Origin: Mobula hypostoma
Lineage: Eukaryota
Length of the DNA: 64,000 bases
Direction of reading: 5' to 3'
NCBI RefSeq assembly: GCF_963921235.1
Contig: NC_086097.1
Location: 213,468,001-213,532,000 of the forward strand
Below, in pieces: positions 12,153 to 24,987 of this stretch. Every line of letters starts with the position of its first letter. The first letter of the stretch is position 1. The notes under the pieces were generated by a model. The model was not told the origin of the DNA and ran no database searches. It saw only the letters and a program-made list of their open reading frames with translations. A program made the translations under genes and the position numbers.

Positions 12153-12881
12153 CAGGGGTCCCCAACCTTTTTTTGCACTGCAGACCGGTTTAATTTTGAC
12201 AATGTTCTTGAGGACCGGCCGACGGGGGGGGGGGGGGGCGTGTTCAAGTAGGGTTAAGCTCACCTCAACATGTCTTTTACAGTTAGTGTTGCCAACTTTC
12301 TCACTCCCAAATAAGGGACAAAAGTAGTAGTCAAATCCCAGGACACTTTACCCCAGGAAAGACTACCATCACCACAAAGCTTTGCACAGGCACCTGTGTG
12401 CGCATGCGCCTATGTGCCGATTTTTTTTCCCACAAATCGATTTTGCCTTCATCTTCCCGGCTATACTGTACATACATTATTTCTACTTTGTAAAGGGTGT
12501 GTATTTATCATGTCATTCCTGCTTTTACTATATGTTAGTGTTATTTGGTATGATTTGTTAGGTTATTTTTTGGGTCTGGGAACGCTCAAAAAATTTTTCC
12601 CATATAAATTAATGGTAATTGCTTCTTTGCTTCACGCCATTTCGGCATGAAAGGTTTCATAGGAACACTCTACCTTAGCGGGGGAAATATGGGACAAGGG
12701 CGGCCTCATATGGAACAACCAATTTAGCCCAATATATGGGATGTCCTGCCTAATACGGGACAGTTGGCAACCCTACGTTCAAGTTCAACAGTGCGTGCCG
12801 GAATGAGGAAAGGTGCAGCTGACTCATATCGTTACCTCACGGCCTGGTATCAGTCCGCGACCCAGTGGTTGGGGACCACTG
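12153..12881. mobile_element. Non-autonomous hAT (Charlie-like)
   Basis: TIRs caggggtccccaacc / ggttggggaccactg; 8-bp TSD gcctgcac/gcctacac. Confidence 0.88.
12249..12775. mobile_element. Second non-autonomous hAT nested in the first
   Basis: tagggtt... (and internal tagtgttgccaact) / agttggcaacccta; 8-bp TSD tgttcaag/cgttcaag. Confidence 0.8.
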
Positions 12882-13459
12882 GCCTACACAATGACCATAT
12901 CCTTCCAATTTCCTCACATTCATGTGTCTAACTAAACATCCCTTAAAGTCCCTAATATTTCTTCCTCCACCACCACCCCAGGTAGTGCATTCCAAGCACC
13001 CACCACTCTGTGTAGAGAAAAGAGACAACTTGCCTCTCATATCTCCCTTGAAATTATCTCTTTACCCTCCCCCTCCCCCTCCCCATCTTAAATGCATACC
13101 TTCTTGTATTAGACTTTCAACCCTGGGAAAAATATGCTGTCTGTCTACTCTCTCTCATAATCTTTTAAACATCTCTTCGATCTCCCCTCAGCTTCCGCCG
13201 AGGGATTATATATCCTTCGGTCATACTTTAACTACAACACTGTAACAATGTTTTCATTTTGAGTTCCTTCATATTAGATTTTCTGTTTTTGCAATGCTTG
13301 TTTATGGGCTGATATGAAAACTGGTTTCTGAAGCAAGGTCTTCAAAGGTAAAGTCAAGGGTGCTTGATATTAATTAGAGCCACTAAATTTCTCTAAAAGA
13401 AATGTGCTCTATAAATAGATATTATTAACTGTCTCAACATCTCTATAGGATTTTTCAAG

Positions 13460-13945
13460 TCAGAATCAGATCTTTTATCACTGACTAATAACATTAAATG
13501 TGTTTTGCAGCAGTAGTGCAGTGCAAAGACACTAATTTACTATAAATTTAAAAAATAAAGGTGCGAAGGAAGGAGGTGGTGTTCAGGGGCCATTCAGCAA
13601 TCTGATGGAAAATGGAAAGAAGCTGTTCCTGAATCATTGTATGGATCTTCAGGCTCCTGCATAATCTCCACAATAGTAGTAATGAGATGAGTGTGTTTTC
13701 TGGATGGTGAGGATCACTGATGGAAAGCACCACCTTGAAGTCATAGTCATACTTTATGGATCCCGAGGGAAATTGGTTTTCGTTACAGTTGCACCAACCA
13801 AGAATAGAGGATAAATGTAGCAATATAAAACCATAAATAATTAAATAGTAATATGTAAATTATGCCAGGAAATAAGTCCAGGACCAGCCTATTGGCTCAA
13901 GGTGTCTGACCCTCCAAGGGAGGAAGCACTGTCTCTTGAAGCTGT
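13460..13945 (-). mobile_element. Rex1/Babar 3' end with a second LINE tail nested at ~13741-13922
   Basis: cagaatcaga tail repeat; ORF ISDPHHPENTLISLL (Rex C-terminal DPxHP motif). Confidence 0.6.
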
Positions 13946-14479
13946 CTGGTTCATATTTGAGTATTACATGAAGAAATAGTTCCTGTATTTGAATACTGAG
14001 AGAATTGACGGAATCCCTTTAATATTGTTTGGAACCTGGTGTTGCTGTTTGACTCTCGGCTAAGCTCCGTTACCATATGTTCTGTCTCTCAGCGCCTACC
14101 AGTTTACTGTAACATTGCCGATTCTGCACTCTCCCATTGGATTGTCACTGACAATGTCTAAGCATGACTTTTCCATTCTCACTTCCTGATATCCCACTTT
14201 ACATACATCCACCTATTATTTCCTCAGTATCCGACACATTAATCTCCCCTACTGTCTGCACTTTAATACCTGCCTTGGTTTCTGCTGGCAGTAGCTCCAT
14301 TGTAAATGGTCATGTTTTTATATTCCTTTATCTTGCTGCATCTAGCTTTGCTTGAAACCCAGCGAAATGCCTTTCCTTCTAAATTTTGACTTTTTGTGAA
14401 TCTACTTTTTGTTGTGCCATTGACAGAGATGTGCCTTTGTTTGCCTGGCTCCTCAACTGTGTAATTCCTCTCTAAACCT

Positions 14480-14720
14480 CCAGCAGAGTTCACCTGGCCC
14501 ACAAACACTTATTTACATTAATCACATATTACTGTCCTAGCTTCTCATCCGTTCTCCCCAATTCTATCACTCATCTACACTCTTGGGACATTTTTTGATG
14601 GATATTTAACTACCGATCTGCATGTCTGCGGGATGTGGGAGGAAATCTGAGCACTCAGCGGAAATGGGGACAATGTGTAAACTACACAGGTCAGGATTGA
14701 ACCCCAGTCACTGGAGTTGT
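14480..14720 (-). mobile_element. Decayed V-SINE fragment
   Basis: ggatgtgggaggaaatctgagcac (reverse V-domain) and caggattgaaccc B-box. Confidence 0.5.
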
Positions 14721-15914
14721 GATTTCATGGCCTAGAGTTGATTTGAGGGCACCATGTACAATATGCTATTCAGGGCTAAAAGAGATATTTTTCCAAAGGA
14801 ATCTTTTGAGCTGAAGGGAAAGTTTGATCAGAATTTAATGCCATCTCCTTCATTATATCTTCTTTGCTTTTGTATTTCATCTTCAGCATGCTTTATTACT
14901 TTAATAAAATTATTTAATTATTTTAATGGAAATTGCATTTTAGTCAAAATTGGTATGTTGCCATTGTGCCTGAAAGTGGCCTTGACATGAATATTCCAAT
15001 GTAGAGAATAGCTATGTGATCTCATTCGGTAAGTTTACAAAATCTGTGTAATTAACCATTGTATCTTCACTTTCCAACCTGTCACCCAGTTTCTTTCCTC
15101 TTCCCCACCTGGCACCATCTGCCTACCCCCACGTTCTTACTCCATGGGGTCTCCTATCCCTTTCCCTACTGGTTCCATCTGCCCTTTATACCTCCCTTAT
15201 TTGGTTCCTCATCACTAGCAGAATTCAAAGCCAATTTTCCCCCTCCACTTCTTACCTTCTAGCCTCTGTCTTTATCTCCCTTCACCTAACTCCAGCTGCC
15301 TTTTTGCAACTATTGCTTGTCCGTCCTTGCATTATTCCTCTCCTCACTCCTTTATGGTAGCTATCTTTCCATCTATTCTCTGTCCTAATGCTAGTTATTT
15401 CTCTGCCTCAGATGCTATGCTGCCTGTTTTATTTTCCCCTGTCATTACAATTACTTGTATTTTTTCAGGAGGTGTGTCACTGAAGTAGGGTGGTGCTGCC
15501 ACAACCTTAAATCACTGCAGTCTTTCAGATGTTGGGTAGGGAGTTTCAGGTATTAGACCCAGCGATGATGGAGCAGCAATATATTTCCAGGTTGGAATCA
15601 TCTATGATTTGGGGATCCTTCTAGTATTTCCTTGTGCTTCATGGTGATGGAAGTTCTCTATTTCATCTAGGAGACTAGATAAGTAACTAGTTTGAGATGT
15701 CGGGAGGTGAGTCACCTGCCCAAGGTAACTAGCCTCTGACCCACTTTAGCAATCTCTTACATCGTTTAGTTATGTTCCTGGTCAGTGGTGGTCTTGACAA
15801 TGTTGATAGCAAAGTCACAGAATTGGTAGTGTTCTAGATGGTCATTGGTGTACACTTTTGAAGTGGAAAACATCTCATTTTCTTTGTATGCAACAATGAA
15901 CTTTTTCTTGAAGA

Positions 15915-16647
15915 ATTGAATTAACTTTATTACTTAAATCTTTCAAATACATGAGTAAAAATCTTTACGTTATGTCTCCGTCTAAATGTGCAATGTGCAA
16001 TTTATAGTAATTTATAATAGATATTATATACAACAGGATAGTCAGTATAACATAGAAATACAGTTGCGTCAGCATGGATTAATCAGTCTGATGGCCTGGT
16101 AGAAGAAGCTGTCCCAGAGCCTGTAGGTCCTGGCTTTTATGCTGCGGTACTGTTTCCTGGATGATAGCAGCTGGAACAGTTTGTGGTTGGGGTGACTTGG
16201 GTCCCAAATGATCCTTTGGACCTTTTTTACACACCTGTTTTTGTAAATATCTTGAATAGTGGGAAGTTCACATCCACAGATGTGCTGGGCTGTCTGCACC
16301 ACTCTCTGCAGAGTCCTGTGATTGAGAGAAGCACAGTTCCCATACCAGGCAGTGATGCAGCCAATCAGGATGTCTCAATTGTGGCGGCCCCTACCAAAAC
16401 TTCTTCAACTGTCTGGGGTGAAAGAGGTGCTGTTGTGCCTTTTTCACCACACAGCCAGTATGTACAGACCACGTGAGATCCTCAGTGATGTGGATGCTGA
16501 GGAACTTAAAGCTGTTCACCCTCTCAACCCCAGATCCATTGATGTCAATAGGGGCTAGCCTGTCTCCATTCCTCTTGTAGTTCACAACCAGCTCCTTTGT
16601 TCTTGTGACATTGAGGGAGAAGTTGTTTTCTTGACACTACTGTGTCA
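15915..16647 (-). mobile_element. Rex1/Babar 3' fragment
   Basis: VERVNSFKFLSIHITEDLTWS; DPSHPNHKLFQLL...SFFYQAIRLIN. Confidence 0.85.
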
Positions 16648-18709
16648 GTTGCAAATAGATTTCAATATGGTCAGCTCATCAGAACATTCCTCATTCCTTC
16701 CATCAGAACAGCAGGAAGGTCACAGGCCACTACACTGAGCAACTTGTTTCGTGATATTCAGAGGTCAGGATGATTAATTACATCTACAATTTCACCCATT
16801 GGACTATTTTTCCCCTTGATGTACATTGACCAGTGCCAGACTTGGTCAGATGCTGTTCCTATTTTTGGGACATTGAGGTTAGCTGTACATTTTTGTACAT
16901 TTGTGAATATTTATAAAATGAGGTTGAATAGTCCAAATATTGACAGATCCAACTAGAAATTTTAATAGTAAACTCAATGTGAAAATCCAAGAATATAGAG
17001 GCTCTCTAGGTTACAAATGACGAGACTTGTGGAAAACTGACTTTATGCAAATTCTCCCTTGCGTTTTGAAGCAATTGTTTAGATAGTAATATTAAAATGT
17101 TTCGTGGATACAGAAATAGAGCCATACAATTTAAGTTCCAATGGAAAACTGCAAAGAAAGTGGCTTGCGAATAGTTATAGCAAACAAAATTCTTGAATGA
17201 CTTGGGGACTCACCCTGTAATAACTTGCACTTCACCTCAGGAATTTGGTTCCTCAATCCATGTTTAGAACAAGGCTTTTATGTTGCTTGGAACTGAATGG
17301 TACCAGAAGGTAACCAATCTGACACAACGTTAACTTAGATCACTTAAAGTAAAATCCTTTTTAAGATTATTGCAAGCCCTGGATTTGGAGGGAGATAATG
17401 TGAAGAGATTTAAAGGGAAAAATATTTTCCTCCATTCTGTTTTTCAGCATGTTGCCCTTTGGAAATTTCAGTAAAATTCCAATAATCCACAATACTACTA
17501 TTCAGAAAATCTTTTGGCATCTGCCTCACCTACTCTGTTTAGTGTGCTCCATTTAAATTCACTGAGATCTCCGGATAAAACCTAACATTACAGAAAAGCT
17601 GTCAGTCCAAGATACTAGATTATTGTTGTACTTCCATATTTTTCCTGATGTTTCAAGGCTTGAATTGATGATTAACTATTTAAATTCATCTGCTAAAACC
17701 ATCCATAATCTTGTTTCTTCTCAATATGAGACAAACATGTTACCCAGCTGGCCTCCATCATTCTACTCTGTAAATATGATGTCACCCAGAGCTGCTGACT
17801 TATTCAAAATTAAGTTTGTTGACCCATTTTCTGTTATGTTCTTGATAAAGGCTTGGTTCCTGGTAAAGCTTGAATTGAACACATCTTTGTTTTTGTGTTG
17901 CTCTTGTTTTATGGTCTTGCCCCCTTACTATTTCTATAATTTTCCCCAGCCCTTTCACCTTCAAGGTAAATTTTAAAACTCAGCTAATGGTAGCTTCCAC
18001 TTCCTACACATCTCCATGCTAAAAAAAACCTTGCTGTCTCTGTCTCTTTTTGTGTGCAATCGTTTAAAATCTACCTCTTCGGTCAAGCTTTCAGTGAACT
18101 GTCTTAATGTGTCTGTACTTGTCTTGACACCAGTTGTATTTGAAAAAGAAATTTCTCTGCTGTTTTACAGCTGTTTTATAAATGGAAATTATTTTTAGGT
18201 TGGTTGAAATTGGGTGAAATCAACTTGAGAGGCCGGAATTATTTGTATTAAAAATTAGTTTATAGATGAGAGCAAAAATTATATAAGCTGTTTTTGCATT
18301 TTATTAAATAAATTCTCATTGATTTAAATACTTTTAGGCTGTTCTGTTCAGCGTTCATTTCTCCACAAGAAAATTCAACTACAATTAGGTTATTCATCCA
18401 TCCAAGATTTTTATTCAAAGGCCAGTTATCACATTGATGTGTCCGATATTGTTTCACACTAGTGAAAAGCCCCAACCCTCCTTGATTGTGGTGGGAACCA
18501 AGCAATGGTAATGTTTTGTACATCAAAGCTAATTGATTTCTCTTACGGGAGATGATTATTTTCCATTTTATGTCTGTTAAGCAGGTTTTTGTTTGCGTGT
18601 TGTGAAACTTCATTACACATTTGTGAAGTTACCGAGTTTGGGGATTTAATTTGTTTATTAAAAAGTAAAGAAATCTTGAGTCATATTAACACAAATTAAT
18701 GTTTTACAG

Positions 18710-18845
18710 CAACAAGAAAAATATGCCAGAATCAACTGTTGGAAAGAAAAAAGGAAAACGGAAACATGAATCTTCTCCTGAAAATTCAGATATGGACAAA
18801 ACACCACCTCCATCACCACAGGAAGAGGATGAATTGGGAGTGCAG
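18710..18845 (+). CDS. CHD7: CHD7 coding exon (~human exon 4): (S)NKKNMPESTVGKKKGKRKHESSPENSDMDKTPPPSPQEEDELGVQ
   Basis: ttttacag| acceptor, |gtgaa donor; SENSDxDKTPPPSP...GVQ motif recognised from CHD7; phase joins the next exon. Confidence 0.88.
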
Positions 18846-20996
18846 GTGAATTTGGTCTTAAACTTCCCCATGCATGCTCATAGAATACAAAACTTGAATT
18901 TTATATCCTCCATGGGATGTACATTTTATTAAGATTGGTGAACAGCTTTACATTGCATCAAATTTTGTCTGCATATTATTTATCAGGTAAAAGCATTTAT
19001 CTGCTGGCAGTAATGGGTATAAGTGGAGAACCTCAGTAACTGATATCGGATGCAGTGTTATTTAAAATACTGAAACTGAAATTTCTTGAAACCTTGGGGA
19101 TAAAAAGTACTGCTGAAGTTCAATTTGGGCAACATATCGAAGTGATACCAATAGCTAACATTTAATATTTTGTTTCTGATCAAGGAGGTCTGAGACTTCC
19201 AACTAATGGCATTTGTGTGCTTGTAGGATCTATCTTTAAATGCTGAATTATGAGTAGAGGAGGCATGATTACTTCTGGATTTACTAAGCACACAATACTT
19301 AAGTTTCCTATTTAAGTTATCCTTTTTTTTAAACAGGCAAAGATTTCCACAACCAAATGTAAGCCTTGTATCATTCCTTTCAGGAAAGGACATTGTTATC
19401 CACTATGCTTTTTTAAATGTTAGGAAATGTGGGAAATTTTGTTCCATTGAGGCATTGTGAACATCTAGATTTCAACCAATCATTTAACTTCAAAACTTAA
19501 GCATTTATTTTTGAGGGCAGTCGAAAGTAATTTTACTTTTTAAGATTGAGTATCCAGCATTGGATGAATGCTTCCATGGTTACCTCAAGTTAAATAACAA
19601 AATTTGGCAAATGTAACAAACTTGGACCAAATTCTTTTAGCCAAGAAGCCTTTCCTCCATATACCTGCTTATTTATAGATTTTTTTTTGAATCTATGAAA
19701 TTTTGGAAGCGAAATAACCAGTTAATTAGGAGCTATCAGCATCTTTTAGATCCTGGCTTAAACTTCAGACCTTGGCTTTCTAATCCATTTTTCTTGTGGT
19801 ATTGGAATTCAGGTAACGTGGATATGGACAGATTTCTTTGTATGTATGTCATTGTTTTTGATTTTTATGCTGGCTGAGCAGCTGTGTTTTCCTCTTATTT
19901 TCCAAATCTGTTTATCGCACTTATTTCATCCCATCCTATTTTATAACATGGACTATAATTAAAGTCAGTTTTTCTTTAATTCTAAAACCATTTTTTGTTC
20001 TGTCATAATGTTTAGTACAAAGATAAGTCTCCCTTTTCATTCACTTTTCCAATACTTGCTTGTCTTTCTAGTTCCTAGTTCCAGCAGCTTTTGCATTCAA
20101 GCCGAAATCTCATCTTTCAATCTCTGTTCTTCTTCATATTTTCTCTTGTCTTCTGTACAAACAGAGAAAACTCTGCCCACCTAGTCATGCTGATTATGAC
20201 TTTTTACTATTACCAACAGGGAAAGTGCCTCTTGAGGAAAACCTCTCATTTTAAAACCTGTGGGATTTGTTGTTATTTTGTCAGTATATTCATCCAATCC
20301 ATAGTTATATTCTTCCATGTGTAGGGATTGTCTAGGCACTCAGGGTGATATAATGCATGCTAACATCTGCTTTTCCCATGTTCGCTTAATGAATTCATTT
20401 TACGTTCTCCATTATATTGCAGTACCTTTTCATAATTAAGTTTGTAATGCACTTACTTCCATGCTTCAATACCAAGACCAAGGTAAGCAAACCAAGGACA
20501 AACCTCACTCCTAGTTTGTCTTGGGTGCTATACAGTTTTATCTGGCATTTTGAAATTAGAATGGAAAATATTAGAGAAGGATATCAGAACAAATTTTTCT
20601 GAACTGGACAGAAATGCTTAGGAACTTCTAAACTAAGTACTTATGGCACAAATTCATATTACTCAACTAAAATTTGATTTTCGCTGTTCAATGTACAGTG
20701 GATTCTAGTTTATTGGGTGGCCACTTATTTAGGCCAACTCTTAAAGAACAAAAACTTAACACGAAAATAGCTGGAATTCCCTTCCCTTATTTGGGACTCT
20801 ATGCCACTTAATTGGGACTGGAGACTGTTGCCGAGCAGTTTTTAATTAGCATCAGTCCTGTGTGCTTCTGTGGCCATTAGACATTCCACCATGCTTAGGG
20901 CCAACAGATTTTAAACAGAATCAAAAAGCAGTGATATTTGTTGCTGTTTGTTGCCGAGAACCAAGCAGTAAGACAATTCAGAACTGTTTTTCTCAC

Positions 20997-21088
20997 AACA
21001 CACACAAAATGCTGGTGGAATGCAGCAGGCCAGGCGGCATGTATAGGAAGAGGTACAGTCGACATTTCGGGCCGAGACCCTTCATCAG
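20997..21088 (-). mobile_element. Short PLE-derived insert with the best-preserved hammerhead core (21056-21088)
   Basis: Minus strand CTGATGA-a-GGG-tctcgg-CCC-GAAA-tgtc-gactg; TSD gtttttctcac on both sides. Confidence 0.82.
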
Positions 21089-21349
21089 CACAGTTTTTCT
21101 CACTGTGGCTTTGAGCATTTAAACTTGGAGATGCAAGAAACAGCTGGGAGTGAAAATGAAATGCTTTCGCTACTTCAAGTTACGAACTATGAAGGATTTG
21201 GAGGATGCAATCATCGAAAGCATTGTATGAAGGCAATCCATTATCTGCACTGCCTATACTGATTTTGTTCATTTACAGTGAATCAAAAGAACATGGCAGC
21301 ATACACTGGATGAATTCCTCTGGTACCTTAAGAGCTAATACAGTTTTAT

Positions 21350-22221
21350 ATTTCTGGTCAAGATGGCGCCAGTGAACAGCGATTCCTCAGGCGACATCAG
21401 ATAGCCAATCTCTTCAATTATTTCACTTTTTCTGCATCTTCTGCTTGTTCTTTTCTTCTTGATTGTGTTACGGAAACTGTGACATGCAGTTTGGAATTTG
21501 ATTGAATGATCTAGCGCTGTGCTGTGTCCGGAGAGCTGACTTGTGGAAAAGACCAGATAATATATTTCAATTTCAAGCATCAAGGAAGATTGAAGCATTG
21601 AGGTGAATGCAGAGGTCAGCAATCACTCCTAACAGAGGCCACCGTGGTGACGACAGCGGTATTCGGACGGCGTGACAGGTGCTCTTCATAGAAGGACTGA
21701 GTTTGTGCGGCAGCTGTTCTCAAATGGGAAGATGTTTTCGATATTCTGAGATTTGTGATTATCGAGCCGTACTTTATATTGGTCTCCTTCAGTTTTTTGG
21801 TGTTTTCTTCCTTGTGGCTGATTGGCAGGTGGGTAATCTGTTAGCTTTTTGTATGTGGGGGAGGGGCGGTTGTTTGGGGGTTTTGATGCTATTTCCGTTG
21901 TTCATTTCTGTGAGTGAGGGGGTCATGGATTTTATTGCTGTTTTTTCTACGGGGGGAGAAGTTTGGGGATTTGATGCTGTTGTCACTGTTTGTTCTGCAG
22001 GGTACAGTGTTGGGGATTTGTCACTGATATTTTTTTCTGTGGGGGTGGGAGTGGGGGCTTTAGGGGTTTATGTGTTTTGTTTCTCTTTTTCGTGCCAGGG
22101 TGTGGGGGAAGTTGATGTCTTTCGACAACAGCTGTTCTCTTTTTGTATTTCATGGCTATCTGGAAATGAATATCAGAGTTGTATTATACATACGTACTTT
22201 GACAATAAAATGAACCTTTGA
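21350..22221 (+). mobile_element. Non-coding LINE derivative: caagatggcg 5' end and Rex1-type 3' tail
   Basis: Tail actttgacaataaaatgaacctttgaa resembles the Rex tail at ~30981-31015; TSD-like agttttata/agctttata. Confidence 0.6.
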
Positions 22222-23254
22222 AGCTTTATAATACTGTAGTAATTTTTGTAGTGTTCTAATTTGTTCTCAGTTAAGTGTATGATTCGTTACTCAGTTAAAC
22301 AGTATTTTGTCCTTTTTATATCTTTTTAACTATTTTCATGAAACTTCAGCTAATTGGGCAGCTGTTTAATTGGGCCAAACTGTACTAGTTCTGTGTCCCA
22401 AATGGAATTCACTGCATTTGCTTGTCTTGTAAGAAATGATTATGAATGAGCATGTGGTGAATGTTATGATTTCACAGGGTACGAGTATCCTTTCAAATTA
22501 TCTTTGATATTTTCTATAGCGCTGTAAAAAGTGCTGCATCTTTATTGAACTATCATATTTGGGTATGAAATGGGTAGCTAGACAAAGTCATGCTCATACA
22601 GCATCCATGGTGTGTGGGATAAATTCAGATTGGTTAAATTAAGTTTGGTATGGAGGATGATTTCTAAAAGCTCAGTTTTTTTATGGATGGAGAAGCCGAA
22701 TGCTTCAACATCACCTAATGCATGTACTGGTAGATGGCTGTAAATTATATTGGCTGAGAATACGGATGTTGGTCATTTTGGCAAATTAAAGCTATATGGA
22801 AATGATGTAAAAGAGAAAGAAATGGGTAAGGAATAAATGGAAACTTTTCTTTTTCAGGAGTTGAAATGAATTAGTGTTGCTTTTCAGTTTTTTGCTTGAC
22901 TTGAATTGTTATCCCCATAAATACACAGAAGATGATGGACCCCATTCTTCACGGCTAAGTATAAAAATATCATGGTTAACATTGGCACCAATGATCAGTT
23001 CCCTGTTTCTTTACCTGATCTCATTTAAAACATGTTTATCCATGTTTCCTTTTTTAATGTAGACATGTTGTTCTTGGCTGCATCTAGTAGCAAGTTTCAT
23101 GTCGTAAGCACTTGGGTAAAGAAGTTCCTCCAGATTGTGCACTAAAGTTAATGATGAGTGTTTTGTTCATTTCAAACTTGTTGATAGACATTAAGAGGAG
23201 TAACTTTTCAAAACACTCAGATGAGTTGAGGTGTTCCAGAGTGGCGTCATGATA

Positions 23255-24889
23255 CAGTGGCATGCAAAAGTTTGGGCACCCCAGTCAAAGTGTCTGTTAC
23301 TGTGAATAGTTAAGTGAGTAGAAGATGAATTGATCTCCAAAAGTCATAAAGTTAAAGATGAAACATTCTTTTCAACATTTTAAGCAAGATTAGTGTATTA
23401 TTTTTGTTTTGTATAATTTTAGAGTAGAAAAAAAGGAAAGGAGCACCATGCAAAAGTTTGGGTACCCCAAGAGATTTGAGCTCTCAGATGACTTTTACCA
23501 AAGTCTCAGACCTTAATTAGCTTGTTAGGGCTATGGCTTGTTCACAGTCATTGCTAGGAAAGGCTAGGTGATGCAAATTTCAAAGCTTTATAAATACCCT
23601 GACCCCTCAAACCTTGTCCCAACAATCAGCAGCCATGGGGTCCTCTAAGCAGCTGCCCAGCACTCTGAGAATTAAAATAAATGGTACTCAAAGCAGGAGA
23701 AGGCTATAAGAAGATAGCAAAGCGTTTTCAGGTAGCCGTTTCCTCAGTTCATAACGTAATTAAGAAATGGCAGTTAACAGGAATGGTGAAGGTCAAGTTG
23801 AGATCTGGAAGACCAAGAAAACTTTCAGAGACAACTGCTCGTAGGATTGCTAGAAAGGCAAATCAAAACCCTGGTTTGACTGCAAAAGACTTTCAGGAAG
23901 ATTTAGTGGACTCTGGAGTGGTGGTGCACTGTTCTACTGTGCAGCGACACCTGCACAAATGTGACCTTCATGGAAGAGTCATCAAAAGAAAACCTTTCCT
24001 GCGTCCTCACCACAAAATTCAGCATCAGAAGTTTGCAAAGGAACATCTAAACAAGCCTGATGCGTTTTGGAAACAAGTCCTGTGGACTGATGAAGTTAAA
24101 ATAGAACTTTCTGGCCGCAATAAGCAAAAGTATGTTTGGAGAAAAAAGGTGCAGAATTTCATGAAAATAACACCTCTCCAACTGTTAAGCATGGGGGTGG
24201 ATCGATCATGCTTTGGGTTTGTGTTGCAGCCAGTGGCACGGGGAACATTTCACTGGTAGAGGGAAGAATGAAATCAACTAAATACCAGCAAATTCTGGAA
24301 GGAAACATCACACCATCTGTAAAAAAAAAAGCTGAAGATGGAAAGAGGATGGCTTCTACAACAGGATAATGATCCTAAACACAGCTCAAAATTCACAATG
24401 GACTACCTCAAGAAGTACAAGCTACAAGTTTTGCCATGACCCTCACAGTCCCCCAACCTAAACATCATCAAAAATCTGTGGAGAGACCTCAAAAGAGCAG
24501 TGCATGCAAGACGACCTAAGAATCTCACAGAGCTAGAAGCCTTTTGTAAGGAAGAATAGGTGAAAATCCCCCAAACAAGAATTGAAAGACCCTTAGCTGG
24601 CTACAGAAAGTGTTTACAAGCTGTGATACTTGCCAAACGGGGCGTTGACACTGATACTTTGGCAAGTATCACTGAAATTGCAGGGTGCCCAAACTTTTGC
24701 TTCGGGCCCTTTTCCTTTTTTGCTATTTTGAAACTGTAAAAGAAGGAAATAAAAAAGTAATCTTAAAATATTAAAGAAATGTGTCATCTTTAACTTTATG
24801 CCTTTTGGAAATCAGGTCTCTTTTACTCGCTTAGCTATTCACAGTAACAGAAATTTTGATCGGGGTGCCCAAACTTTTGCATGCCACTG
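23255..24889 (+). mobile_element. Full-length Tc1 (IR/DR type, DD34E) transposon with disrupted transposase (~23636-24650)
   Basis: TA TSDs; perfect outer TIR cagtggcatgcaaaagtttgggcacccc; inner DRs near 23448 and 24683; GRPRK, WTDEVK, QDNDPKH motifs; frameshifts, stops, and catalytic E->K. Confidence 0.95.
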
Positions 24890-24987
24890 TATATTTCTGC
24901 TGTGTGTAAATAGTTGCACCAAGCATGTAACTACTTTGTTGAGAATGCATGAAAAATTCACCATTTCTAAATTAAACCCACAATTTA

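Larger units (their letters stand above)
12045..13200 (-). mobile_element. CR1 3' fragment interrupted by nested hAT elements
   Basis: atagaacagtacagcatgggaacaggcccttcggcccac tail; resumes after 12889. Confidence 0.75.
20696..22414. mobile_element. Tigger/pogo-like non-autonomous DNA element hosting two later inserts
   Basis: TA|cagtggattc...ttggg and cccaaatggaattcactg decayed TIRs; internal aattggg repeats. Confidence 0.6.

Noticed and set aside
1..18709. Additional upstream CHD7 coding exon
   Set aside because: No CHD7-like peptide with splice sites found by eye; the preceding exon is presumably upstream of the window.
21679..22221. 180-aa hydrophobic ORF resembling a membrane protein
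   Set aside because: Produced by G/T-rich low-complexity interior of a repeat; GTG start, no domain motif, no splice context.
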